Assembly (NCBI GenBank): GCA_040182905.1
Contig: JARQWU010000026.1
Span: forward strand, 1 to 64,000
Reading direction: 5' to 3'
Length of the DNA: 64,000 nucleotides
DNA from: Barthelona sp. PAP020
Taxonomy: Eukaryota
The translations under genes and the position numbers were made by a program. The notes under the pieces were generated by a model that saw nothing but the letters and a program-made list of their open reading frames with translations, was not told the DNA's origin and ran no database searches. The first letter of the stretch is position 1; each line of letters starts with the position of its first letter. Below are positions 20,453-31,303 of the stretch, one piece after another.

Positions 20453-21811
20453 ATGAATAATTCTGATATTCCATCTGAAAATATTGAAAATGACATGGAA
20501 AATGATCTTATTCAATTAAAATATGAACGATTAAAAGAAAAACATTGGTATTTCAACAAAGATGTTCCCGAAAATAATAATGGCATATCTGATCCATATA
20601 AATTGGAATGGCGATTACATAAGAAACATTTTATATTGTTAACATCCAGTGGAAGTTCATTAATCAGTAGTTGGGGTGATTCATATGAATTGAGTCCGTT
20701 GTTTGGTGTTATTAATTCTTTTGTTCATATAAATAAACCAATAGAAATAGTTACGTCAACAAAAAGGATAAAATTTTATTTAGATGAAAATTTTCTGTAT
20801 GTTTTTGTGAACGACAATTTAAATGATGAGAATGATATTGATTTGTTAGCTTTGAGAGCTTATGTAATGAGTAATTTATCAGAACCTATTTATTTCAATC
20901 CTCCTCATGGAAGTATTCTTGTTGATTTCTTTTTTAACACTTCAATTATTTTTAAGTATATTCAGAATAGTTTACGTTGTTGGGATTTGTTTATTAAAAG
21001 TAGTTGTTTGTTGAAAAAAGATACAACTCTGTTAAAAAATTGGTTAGTTAAATTTAACTCAACCAATATTATCAACATGTTTATTTTTGATTTTAACACA
21101 GTTGAATTAGATTACATATTGATGAAATCTTCAATATATATCAATCCTATTGATATTTCCATCTGTATTAATTTCATTGTAACTCATTTAGATGATGATT
21201 TCTATTATCAACAGTTTGACTTATGTTTGCCCTTTACTTTTCCTAGTGGAAAATTATTCTGTCATGCTGCAAAAGTTTGTGATTCAAAGATTATTTGTAT
21301 GTTAAGTTTAAATGTTGAACATTCTGGAAATATTGCAAACACAATATTTGGTGAACTTTTACCTTCAGTTCCAACCGACAAAATTCAAAAATTTAAAAGA
21401 TTCAATGTTTTAAAAGAAATTGAAAAATTTTTAGATGGCATATTCTTCATGGATCTGATGATCATCAATAGAAAAACTTCACAAGTAATTCAATCAGATA
21501 TGCCTAGAATTAATTGCAAATCAATCTTTAAAAAAATATATCAACAGATGTTCAACAATTTAGGGTTTATTCCAGAAGAACCTACTTTAAAATTTGATTT
21601 TAACAATATTAAACCAACTTTTGATAAAGTTAATCTTACAGATAAGAATGGTTTATCTTTTGGTTGTTGTATTGAGCATTTTGTCTTCTTTTTTACTTTA
21701 CCTTTAACTTTTGGTGAATTGGAATTGGAAACCATCGCTCATGATATTTTTGTCGTTGTTAATCAAAGGAAAGATGAATTATTCATTTCTTTTGATCCTG
21801 TTTGGAAGTAA
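20453..21811 (+). CDS. MON1: Mon1/SAND-family longin protein (Rab7 GEF subunit), divergent
   Basis: EWRLHKKHFILLTSSGSSLISSWGD..LFGVINSFV matches the Mon1 longin-1 start. Also INPIDI, LCLP..SGKLFCH and C-terminal DELFI. Confidence 0.75.
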   Translation: MNNSDIPSENIENDMENDLIQLKYERLKEKHWYFNKDVPENNNGISDPYKLEWRLHKKHFILLTSSGSSLISSWGDSYELSPLFGVINSFVHINKPIEIVTSTKRIKFYLDENFLYVFVNDNLNDENDIDLLALRAYVMSNLSEPIYFNPPHGSILVDFFFNTSIIFKYIQNSLRCWDLFIKSSCLLKKDTTLLKNWLVKFNSTNIINMFIFDFNTVELDYILMKSSIYINPIDISICINFIVTHLDDDFYYQQFDLCLPFTFPSGKLFCHAAKVCDSKIICMLSLNVEHSGNIANTIFGELLPSVPTDKIQKFKRFNVLKEIEKFLDGIFFMDLMIINRKTSQVIQSDMPRINCKSIFKKIYQQMFNNLGFIPEEPTLKFDFNNIKPTFDKVNLTDKNGLSFGCCIEHFVFFFTLPLTFGELELETIAHDIFVVVNQRKDELFISFDPVWK

Positions 21812-22295
21812 ATATATTATGTAAATATAAACTGTACAAACATACAAATATTCAAAAACAATCTTGTAAACTGTGTTTTTCATTTGGTTTTTTTTTGTTG
21901 TTTTTTTATTTGTTCAATAAATTCAAGTTTGTTCATTGTTCTTTTATGATTCACATTGACTACAGGTTTCTTTTCATAATGAAACACCTACATTTATTGT
22001 TTTGAGAAGGAAAAAAAGAAAAAAAGAAAAAACTAAAATTTGAGTGAATTGAAAAAGTAAAATCTTGTTTTGGGGATTTACATTACTCAAATTTGAATTT
22101 TAAACAGTATTGGACAGTTCGTTTGGATCTTTTGAACCCTTTTTCTCCAGTAAATTTTTGACTGATTCAACTGACCAAACATCTTGTTTTAAGTTTTGTT
22201 CTTGGTGAAAAAAACACAACAGAAAAGGAAGTTGTGTGTGATTTGGAGGATTAGATCTTTTTTTTTGCATTCATTCTTTGAAACATTAACATATA

Positions 22296-22688
22296 ATGAA
22301 TGACATAACGAGAATGAACGAAAATGAACTGTCTTTGAACATCAGTGGAAGAGCAGGGAGTTGGCATGATGACTACAAAAATAATCCCCATATTTTTATT
22401 GGAAATATTGCTCCAGACGTTTCACAGGAGGAATTATTGATTATTTTCTCTCAATATGGCGAAATTGATGATATTAATATCATAAAAGACAGAAATACCA
22501 ATACTCGGAAACCCTTTTGTTTCCTCACTTATTTTGATTATCGTTCGGCTATATTAGCCATTGATAATCTAAACATGTTGGAATTGAAGGGTAAAAATTT
22601 AAGAGTGGACCATGCAAGCAATGAATCATATAATCCTAGTAAATATGGGAGAAAAATTCCTGATTTATTCAAAGATTGTTCTTCTTGA
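22296..22688 (+). CDS. RBMX2: RRM protein, Ist3/Snu17/RBMX2 (RES splicing complex)
   Basis: NENEL..SWHDDYKNNPHIFIGN..FSQYGEI..FCFLTYFDYRSAILAIDNLN..LRVDH is the Ist3/RBMX2 signature. Confidence 0.92.
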   Translation: MNDITRMNENELSLNISGRAGSWHDDYKNNPHIFIGNIAPDVSQEELLIIFSQYGEIDDINIIKDRNTNTRKPFCFLTYFDYRSAILAIDNLNMLELKGKNLRVDHASNESYNPSKYGRKIPDLFKDCSS

Positions 22689-23222
22689 TTTAATATTTTA
22701 CTTGTATTTAATTTTTTATAATCCTCTTTAATTTCTATTTGAGTCGATTTTCAGACTAAAATTTGCATTTGGTTGCGTAAATGGGTGTTTTTTTTTTTGG
22801 ATGAACTTCGGATATTTTGAAACTTTGTTTGAATGGATCAAAAAAAAAAAAAAAAAAATATAGCAATGTGGAAACGAACAAACGATTTTATGTTTCATTG
22901 GGTCAGGCATTCACAAAGGGCCTTATGATAATCAATATTTGCAAATCTAACTTATTGAATTTGAATGCGCAAATTCCAAAGACAACAGTGGCACATCTGT
23001 AATTAAGCAGAAATTCGTCTTTTGTTATAATATTTGAGGATAATTCACTTTGATTATGGGAGAAGAATTACATAAGATCTGTGCCATTCAAAAGTGAACG
23101 GCTACGAAATGACAAGAAAAAAGGTTAATTTTTGCAAAAGTGTCGAAAATACTCAATATCCAGCTTGAAAAACTGGAAATATTGCATTTAACCATAAAAC
23201 AAAATGAAAAGTCTTTGAAACT

Positions 23223-25358
23223 CTATGATTCCAAAGCAATAAACAGTTGAATTGGTACTGATCTGCCATCTTTATTACATACACAAAACAACCGAGTTCT
23301 ATCATAATTCAATACCATTCCATAAATTCTAAAAGGAACATTAACTCGTTGCAACACTTCACCTGTTTCTCTTCGGATTAAAGCAAATGTTTTATCCCAA
23401 GAACCAGAATAAATTATCGAACTATCTTGAGAAAAGGCAACAGAGCATATTGTGCCATTATGAATCATAAACTTTCCCAACAGCTCTCTAGATTCAACAT
23501 CAAATACCCTGACTGTTCCACCTTGATCACCTGTAGCCCAATAGACACCATCATGTGAGAAGTTGCCTGATATAACATCATTTCCATCATGATTCCACAT
23601 GTGAAGCTCTTCACACGTATCTAATGAAAATAACTTTGAACATGCATCACTACTAACAGAAGCAAAGTACCTCATATTGGGACTGATTCTAACATGCCAA
23701 ACATATTTTTTATGTGGTCTAAATTCATGTATTTTCTGTCCTTTAACAGTATATATGGCAATGTAACCATTAGCCATACCAAAGGAAAGCAACTCATTGT
23801 TTGGAGAAAACCAAACACTTTTCACAGTTTTGGGCATATCGACAATCTTTGAAATAATTTTCCAAGATCCAACCTCAATAATGTGTATTGATGGACCATC
23901 TCCACCAATGGCCAAAAGTTTGGAGTTTGGACTGAAATTCATACACCAGGTTATCTCATAACACGCTTCATGCACAATTTCAAATGTATTAGCATCATAC
24001 ACTCTCAGTAACTTGGAATTCAAACATCCTGCAACAGCAAAAAAAAGTCCATTAGAGCTGTAATCAAGAGCAAATGACATTGAATCAGGAAAATCTTGAC
24101 AAAACACAGGAATTTCAGAGAATCTATCGATATTATGAATGATTTGGCTTTCATTTTCAACAAGTGGTTTTCCATCTTTGCTTTCAATGAACTGGTTTGG
24201 TTCAATGTTCAATTTTTGTTTCTGAGAAATGATAGAGCTGTTCTTATTTCGTAAACTACTTATTTTATGGGTCAGTTCTTGTTTTTCAATCGTCCATTTT
24301 CTTTTATTTGCGGTTAAATTGCAAATTTCACTCAATAATTTTTGTTTTTCATCAGTCCATTTGTCTTTTTTCTCCTTCAGCACAACATTTTCTTCCTCAA
24401 AAGCTGAAACACGCCTTTGTAATCTTTTTTGATCAAATCCCAAACCCTCAAACCGCCCAATCAGCATTTTTAAATACTCGGCAATATCGCTGAACGTAGG
24501 TCTTTCAGCTGGATCAATGCTCAAACACCTCTTGATAATTCCAAATCCAGGTATTGTATCCAGTAATTCATTGGCATACGGAAGTTGTCCACTGCCCAAT
24601 TTGACAGCAATTCGAAAATCAGTTAACCCTTCAAAAGGAACAAACCCAGAAATAACCTGGGCCAACATAACACCAAAAGACCAGGCATTAATAGCTGTCC
24701 CTACAATATTTTCCTCTTCATTGGCAAACTCAGGAGCAGCATATTTTGCTGTGCCCATTATCGAATCGGCTGTACTTCTATTAACATTATGAACAAGCTC
24801 AAAATCCGAAATTGCTGGTGTATACAACCCATCAACACTATGTCTTAACAAAATATTTTTCGGCTTTAAATCGCAGGCCATGACACCTTTGTTGTGACAA
24901 AACTCAAGCGCAGACGAAACTTGCATCATAATAACCAACTTTTCCTTCAAAGACAATTCTGGAATCAATTCCTCCAGATTAACATCACAATATTCCATTA
25001 CAATACCTTTCTTTCCATCAATCTCAGTCACTCCAAAAACTTGTTGAACGAATGGGTGATCCAAAACCATTGGAAAACATTCATGTGCAAGACAATCATC
25101 AGTAATTTCTTCATTAAAAACTTTAATAATAACAAGTTTTTCATGTCTGTTTGCAAGATGCTGGAAGCCAAACCTTTCCATTTTTAAATTATAATTAACT
25201 ATTTTAAACTCTTTTTCAGGCACATAAACGTCATTTGATTCAATTAAATTTTGTAATTTTTCAAAAGCGTCATCGTCCTGTTTCTTGATGTTCTTTTTGT
25301 AGTTCTTCGAATTTCGGTCATAATCTTTCAGGCCTTGAATTTCTTCAAAGGTAAACAT
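23223..25358 (-). CDS. Degenerate protein kinase + coiled coil + WD40 beta-propeller
   Basis: Kinase subdomains IIK, VMEYC, ACDLKPKN, DFE, GTAKYAAPE, ERPTF. Heptad region follows, then about 7 WD40 repeats (FSPNSKLLAIGG, SGSWDKT). ATG at 25358. Confidence 0.9.
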   Translation of the reverse strand: MFTFEEIQGLKDYDRNSKNYKKNIKKQDDDAFEKLQNLIESNDVYVPEKEFKIVNYNLKMERFGFQHLANRHEKLVIIKVFNEEITDDCLAHECFPMVLDHPFVQQVFGVTEIDGKKGIVMEYCDVNLEELIPELSLKEKLVIMMQVSSALEFCHNKGVMACDLKPKNILLRHSVDGLYTPAISDFELVHNVNRSTADSIMGTAKYAAPEFANEEENIVGTAINAWSFGVMLAQVISGFVPFEGLTDFRIAVKLGSGQLPYANELLDTIPGFGIIKRCLSIDPAERPTFSDIAEYLKMLIGRFEGLGFDQKRLQRRVSAFEEENVVLKEKKDKWTDEKQKLLSEICNLTANKRKWTIEKQELTHKISSLRNKNSSIISQKQKLNIEPNQFIESKDGKPLVENESQIIHNIDRFSEIPVFCQDFPDSMSFALDYSSNGLFFAVAGCLNSKLLRVYDANTFEIVHEACYEITWCMNFSPNSKLLAIGGDGPSIHIIEVGSWKIISKIVDMPKTVKSVWFSPNNELLSFGMANGYIAIYTVKGQKIHEFRPHKKYVWHVRISPNMRYFASVSSDACSKLFSLDTCEELHMWNHDGNDVISGNFSHDGVYWATGDQGGTVRVFDVESRELLGKFMIHNGTICSVAFSQDSSIIYSGSWDKTFALIRRETGEVLQRVNVPFRIYGMVLNYDRTRLFCVCNKDGRSVPIQLFIALES

Positions 25359-25972
25359 CGGCAAAAAAAAAAAAAGCCAGTTGTTTACGAATAATCACAC
25401 TTCAATCTTTATGTCTGTGAAGAACAGTTTGAAACATTGTACAATCTACACAAATCAGTCAATTGATACGAATCGGGGCATTTTGAACTGTCATTAATGC
25501 AAATATGACACCTATGACACACATAAATAATATATATTCCCCTTGATCACAATTAATTGTCTCAAAACAGCATTGGAAATCATTTTATCAACAAAAATAT
25601 CAAAAAAATTTTTGTTATTGATTAATAAAAAACAACAATGGTATAGCTGCTAAATTTTAATGATAAAAAGTTTCATGCAGGAGAAAATAGAAAAAAAAAA
25701 CCACTTTGTTACCATCACCATTTTCCTCTCCCAAATCAAACCTTTAATCCCCAAATTGTGTAACATTCATTCCAAAAGCACAAAAAAATTCATTTGTATG
25801 CACTTTTTCTTTGATCAACCCATAAGACACATTTATTTACCCCAGGTCAAAAACACAGCAATCACAAAAGTGCAAATGTTTTATTTACCTTTTTTTTTTC
25901 AAACGTTCAAACAAACATCCGCAAAAAGTTGCCATATTAATCAAAAAGAAAATAAGAATTGAATTTAAAATT

Positions 25973-27034
25973 TCAAGTGGTCAATTTGGTTTTGGTTTTG
26001 GGAAACTGTTTATTCAACAACATTCTGTTCACTCTATCAATAACATAAACTGAAAGTTCTTTAAATTGTTTTGTTTCCAGTTCCAAATCGACAATTTTTT
26101 TTTCTTTGATCGCTAATTCATCTTGTAACTCTAAAATTATTACCCTTTCCTTTTCTGAAGTCTTCTCTTTGGTATCAGCTTCAAAATATTGCATTATATT
26201 TTCTGTTTCATTTGAGTCTCCCAGAGATTGCAAATTATTATCAACAGGATTGAAAGATATATTGGTTAACGATATTTGAGTCTTTAATTCCTCTATTTCC
26301 GCATTTTTTGCATTATTTAAATTGTTTAATTCTTTAATTCTTTCGTTTAGGAATGAATTTTGAGTTTGCAATTTTGAAATCTCATGACCAGCCGCAGATT
26401 TCCTATTATTGTATTCATTTAAATCTTCTTTTAGATTATTAATTAAAGACTTGTTATTTTCCAATTCTTTTTGTTGTTTTTGAAAATCACCTTGTAAATT
26501 AACAAAAGATTGATTTTTTTTCTCGATTTCTTCCTTCAATTCAGCATTTTTTTGCTCAATTTCTTTCATTTGATCCATTAAATCAATATTTGCATTTGAT
26601 AAGGCATTTTTCTCTTCAGTTAACTTCTCAATTAACGTATTCAAATTTTCAAACAATGTTATTGATTTAGAATCAATTAAAACTTTATTATTTTCTTTAT
26701 TACTATAATTTCTAACGCTTACATTCGACATTTCATCAGATCCAATATCTGACAAACCTATATTCCAAAATTTGTCCGAAAAATTATTATTATTATCATT
26801 AGAAATCTTAACATTGAAGCCTCTTTTGTTATTAAAATTGGAAAGATCATTTTCATTGTAACTGTTGTTATTTTGATGTGAGGATTGACTAATCAAATCT
26901 AATTTGGAGTCATTTGCAAATTCATCACTTAAAAAACCATTCAAATTGCTTTCTTGTGATGCACCAAAAGAAACAATACTATCATCAATTTCTCCATCAA
27001 CATCTGACATATCAAGATCTAAAAGAATTGCCAT
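25973..27034 (-). CDS. Hypothetical coiled-coil protein with acidic, N-rich N-terminus
   Basis: About 350-aa ORF with long heptad stretches. Start uncertain (ATG 27034 or 27010). Confidence 0.8.
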   Translation of the reverse strand: MAILLDLDMSDVDGEIDDSIVSFGASQESNLNGFLSDEFANDSKLDLISQSSHQNNNSYNENDLSNFNNKRGFNVKISNDNNNNFSDKFWNIGLSDIGSDEMSNVSVRNYSNKENNKVLIDSKSITLFENLNTLIEKLTEEKNALSNANIDLMDQMKEIEQKNAELKEEIEKKNQSFVNLQGDFQKQQKELENNKSLINNLKEDLNEYNNRKSAAGHEISKLQTQNSFLNERIKELNNLNNAKNAEIEELKTQISLTNISFNPVDNNLQSLGDSNETENIMQYFEADTKEKTSEKERVIILELQDELAIKEKKIVDLELETKQFKELSVYVIDRVNRMLLNKQFPKTKTKLTT

Positions 27035-27345
27035 ATTAATAAAATCATTCAAATATTAACCTTTGGAATTAAAAAAACAAATACATCTTCTTTAATGATA
27101 ACATCTAATTTTTATATTTGAGTTAAGAGTTTCATAATCACTAAAGTTCATTTCAACATTTGAAAATCAAATTTAAAAACAAGCAATTATTTTCTTGAGA
27201 AAAATATTCAAATTGAATGAAAAATTTTATAAATTTTAAAGCTATTTTGTTTAAAATGTGATTAATTTATAATAAATAATGTGTTTTTCAGAAAAAACAG
27301 AAATGAATTGAATAGAATTAACTTTTCCATTATTTCCATTAATTA

Positions 27346-30300
27346 ATGATCAAAAAAGACAAATTTCTTGCAAATGGTTTGGAATTTAATAATGATAGGA
27401 TAATAATTAACGAATTCCTTTCAAAGCATAACATTTTTGACATAGATTCAATTGATTCCAAACAATTTTTGAATAATAATTTTCTTCGAGAATTAATGAA
27501 TTATTGTAACAATAAATCTAATTATTCTTTTGGAGTGAGAACAATTTGTTTAAATATTTTAATTAAAATTATTAAAGAATCACCAAAGAATGTATATTTT
27601 GTATTAAAAAGTTTTGATACGTTAATGTTTACTGAAAGAGACTTTCATAATGAAGGTTCAATAGAATATATCAGTAAAATAATTCAATTGATGAGTTATG
27701 TTTTATATAACATACCTATTGACATTTTAATTGATGATTTAGAAGGATATTTACCCTTAATTAGTTTTATTATGAAGTATTTTGCGAATCCATCATCATA
27801 TTTAACCATTACTGATTTTTTCAAACGTGTTCAATTGTTTAAATCATGTAGTTTATTTATATTTATTGTTTTGATGCGATATGATTTGACTATGAGTGTA
27901 TTTAAACCAATATATTCAATGTTTATGATGAATAAAGAAAATAGACGATATTTTTTCATACTTTTGAATGATTTTGCTAAAGAATTGTTCAATCGAGTTG
28001 TAAAAATTAATGAAACAGAAGAAGATTCAAAAGAAGTTGAAATTATTGATGAAGAAATTAACCAAGATTTGATTGAATGTGTTTATTTAGGTTTTAGAAT
28101 AATTGAAATTGTTTTAGTCATTCCAAAAGGTTATGAAAATGAGAATTTAAAAATTCAGACAAAAGAATTGATTATTGTCAATAGTAGTTTATTTGATATT
28201 GCTAAATTTGATATAGATATTGGTTTATTATGTTTTAAATTGTGTATTTTACCTCGAATTAATTTTATCAGTGAATTAGTTTATTTTAATGAGATTTGTG
28301 AGATTGATAGTGTTTGTGGGAGAGTCTTCAATGAATTATTGATACAAGGTTTAGATATTGAAAGAATTTTATTGTTTTTAATCAATGAAAAAGAAATAAA
28401 TCATACAAAAGATTTATTGATAGTTTTTAGATGTATGTATGATTTTTATAACATATTTGAGACATCTATACATAGTGGGGAGAATGTATTTAGTGAGAAT
28501 TTTAAGATCAGTAATATTTTGAATAATGCTAATGATCATTTAAAAAGTCAATTAGAATTTTATGAACAAATAAAACAAAGCAATGGTAAAAATAATTTTT
28601 TTGCTGGAAAGAATTTTTCACGAAAATTTTCCAATAAAAATTATCTATTTAATTTGAATGATTTTGGTTATTTAAACTTGTTAAACAGTTTAATTTTGAT
28701 TTTAAGACAAAATCACTCAAGCAAAAATAATAATAGTACTAGCAATCTTAATAATAATAATATTAATTTTGTTTTGTTATTATTAGGATTTGAAATCAAA
28801 TTTCCTTTAAATATTGATTGGACAAATAATAATCATAACAATAATAAAATGATTGAAGATTTATTCATTGTTGAAAATTTTTCTTTATTAGAATTCTTCA
28901 TTTCTACTATAGCAACATTAAATATTAACAATATTAATACTATTCATATATTAATTTTAAGTTTATTAAATGAATTGTTAAGTTTAGCAAATCATAATTT
29001 TAATAAAAATTTTGCTAGAAAAATTTTTGATTTAAGAAAAGATTTCATTTTAAATTTAAAACATTTATTAATTGATATTGTTGAATATTTTCAAATTGAT
29101 GATACATATGGTCATTCACCTTTAGATGTCATTAATATTATGAAATATCAATGTTTATATAATATTACTCAAATTTTAAGTCAATTAATGTTTTGTATAC
29201 TTGATGATAATGATAAAGAGGATGAAAATATTGAATTATTAAATTTTGATGGAAATAATATTAATATTTTGATTCAATTGTTTGATTTAATATTAGAACC
29301 TTTAACTCTGGTTAAAGAATTCAAAATTCCTACACTTTTAGAAGATCAATTAAAATTCAAAGATTTTTTATGTCAAAATGAATTATTTTCAGCAAATATC
29401 ATTAATGTAACTGAATTATTGAATTATTCTTTAAATATTATTCCTCCTTTAATACATACAACAACAAATACTAATACATTAAATAATGATGATAATCTTT
29501 TAGAAATAGTTGAATCTTTGTGTGATTTAACCAATCAATTGATATTTTATAATGAAAAACAAACACATTTATGTTTAAGAGAAAATCTTATTGAAAGTGT
29601 TGTCGCAAATTATTTTTTAATTCTACAAATTGTTTTGGATGAAAAACAACGTATGGATGTTCTATATTCAACTTTGTTGAATCTTTTAAATAAATTATCT
29701 TCTCAAGATATCAAACTATTATCTAGCATACAACTCAAAGTTACTCAATTCATATTGGAATTGATTACTATCCTTGTTGATTCTATCTTTGATGATAATC
29801 ATATTTTAACCGATTTTGAATTATCAAATCTGATTGATATTATTGTTGATATTGCTTTAAATAAGTCTATCAATGATCAAACAAAAACAATTTTAGTTCA
29901 ATGTTTAGTTTTATTATTTAATGTTATAATTCAATCTAATAATGAAATAAAAGAATTCCAAATATCACAAATGAATTTAAATTTGGTTTTTGAAGAAACT
30001 TTAAAAATTTTGAAATTTTCATCAAAAAAGATATCTCCAATACAAGAAAGTTTTTGTTATAATTTTATAGCTGTTATCTTTCATCCTAAATTCAATCAAT
30101 TGGTTGATATTAATTTGATAATTGATGATATTTACAGTTTAGAAGTTTTTACCAATTTTGTTGATGTGTCCAAGGATTCACATGACTCTTTATTAATTAA
30201 TCAATCAAAATTAACAGCTTTAATCAGTCTTACAAAATATTTTTCTTTTGTTCATTCTTTGATTGTTCAGAATCTAATCAAATCCATTTTTAAGTGTGAA

Positions 30301-31038
30301 AATTTTAATAATATTGGTAATTTTGATTTTAACATTAAACAAATGATAACCGATAGATTGAATAAAAAAGGTGTATCTGATTTGCACACATATGTCTTTG
30401 AACATTTCATTTTTGCCAATCAATTAATGGCTACTGACCCTCATAATTCTTTTCTCTTTACTGAAACATTTGATTTGTTGTTTATTTTTCCAACATTTTT
30501 GATTTCTTCTTTGGAAAATAACTTAGTTGTCATTTTTGAATTCAATTCTTCAGGTCAAAAAAATTCAACCCCTTTTATAAATTCAATCCTTTTTGATCAC
30601 CTTAAAATTCAAAAGAATATGATTTCATTCCTTTTGTCTTTTATGTATGATTCCAATGGGTTTACTAAAAAATCAACACAATTGTCTCTCTATTATCACA
30701 AGATATTTGAACTTTATGTTTATTATATTAAAGAAGAATATCTTTTAAACAGTATAGATGGAATTCAAGATGCTCAAAGATTTGGAATCATTCAGAACTT
30801 TTTGGAAATTTTCCGGAACATTTTATTGATTGCTAATCATATTTTACATAAGTATAAAAGCAGTGTTATGTTTAAACAATTGGATTGTTTCTTTGATAAT
30901 GATATTACTTCTAATTTGAAAAATCAGTTGGAAGTTGTCGTTAATCATTTAGATCAAACACAAAACAAAAAATTAATAGTTCAACATTATCAAATAATTA
31001 CCCAAATTGGAGAAATGATCAAGTCATTAAATATATGA
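27346..31038 (+). CDS. Large alpha-solenoid protein (1230 aa), possibly a divergent Nup205/Nup188-type scaffold nucleoporin
   Basis: Uninterrupted ORF made of amphipathic helices throughout. The resemblance to Nup205 (e.g. NFVLLLLGFE) is only impressionistic. Confidence 0.7.
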   Translation: MIKKDKFLANGLEFNNDRIIINEFLSKHNIFDIDSIDSKQFLNNNFLRELMNYCNNKSNYSFGVRTICLNILIKIIKESPKNVYFVLKSFDTLMFTERDFHNEGSIEYISKIIQLMSYVLYNIPIDILIDDLEGYLPLISFIMKYFANPSSYLTITDFFKRVQLFKSCSLFIFIVLMRYDLTMSVFKPIYSMFMMNKENRRYFFILLNDFAKELFNRVVKINETEEDSKEVEIIDEEINQDLIECVYLGFRIIEIVLVIPKGYENENLKIQTKELIIVNSSLFDIAKFDIDIGLLCFKLCILPRINFISELVYFNEICEIDSVCGRVFNELLIQGLDIERILLFLINEKEINHTKDLLIVFRCMYDFYNIFETSIHSGENVFSENFKISNILNNANDHLKSQLEFYEQIKQSNGKNNFFAGKNFSRKFSNKNYLFNLNDFGYLNLLNSLILILRQNHSSKNNNSTSNLNNNNINFVLLLLGFEIKFPLNIDWTNNNHNNNKMIEDLFIVENFSLLEFFISTIATLNINNINTIHILILSLLNELLSLANHNFNKNFARKIFDLRKDFILNLKHLLIDIVEYFQIDDTYGHSPLDVINIMKYQCLYNITQILSQLMFCILDDNDKEDENIELLNFDGNNINILIQLFDLILEPLTLVKEFKIPTLLEDQLKFKDFLCQNELFSANIINVTELLNYSLNIIPPLIHTTTNTNTLNNDDNLLEIVESLCDLTNQLIFYNEKQTHLCLRENLIESVVANYFLILQIVLDEKQRMDVLYSTLLNLLNKLSSQDIKLLSSIQLKVTQFILELITILVDSIFDDNHILTDFELSNLIDIIVDIALNKSINDQTKTILVQCLVLLFNVIIQSNNEIKEFQISQMNLNLVFEETLKILKFSSKKISPIQESFCYNFIAVIFHPKFNQLVDINLIIDDIYSLEVFTNFVDVSKDSHDSLLINQSKLTALISLTKYFSFVHSLIVQNLIKSIFKCENFNNIGNFDFNIKQMITDRLNKKGVSDLHTYVFEHFIFANQLMATDPHNSFLFTETFDLLFIFPTFLISSLENNLVVIFEFNSSGQKNSTPFINSILFDHLKIQKNMISFLLSFMYDSNGFTKKSTQLSLYYHKIFELYVYYIKEEYLLNSIDGIQDAQRFGIIQNFLEIFRNILLIANHILHKYKSSVMFKQLDCFFDNDITSNLKNQLEVVVNHLDQTQNKKLIVQHYQIITQIGEMIKSLNI

Positions 31039-31303
31039 AGTCTTTTTTTTGTTTTTTGGAGATATTATAATTAATTAATATAAATACAATTGTCAGTCGT
31101 TTAATTTATTACATATTTCGCTGATTTGATTTCTTTTTTCTCAGTTGTTCCACTAGGAATTGTTAAAAAGTGCCATTTTCAAAAAATAAACACTCGTATC
31201 TTTCTTTATGAAGATTTTTTAAATCTTTTGATAGACTAAATTAAAAAAAGAAGTGAAATAAAAAAAAACTTCAAAAAAAAATCAATTATCTTTGAATGTA
31301 ACA

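Noticed and set aside
21802..23002. Short intergenic ORFs (21802-22005, 22728-22910, 22817-23002) and similar ones at 3017, 11258, 25660 and 63513
   Set aside because: Homopolymer-driven F/K-rich translations, several with non-ATG starts, and no domain signal.
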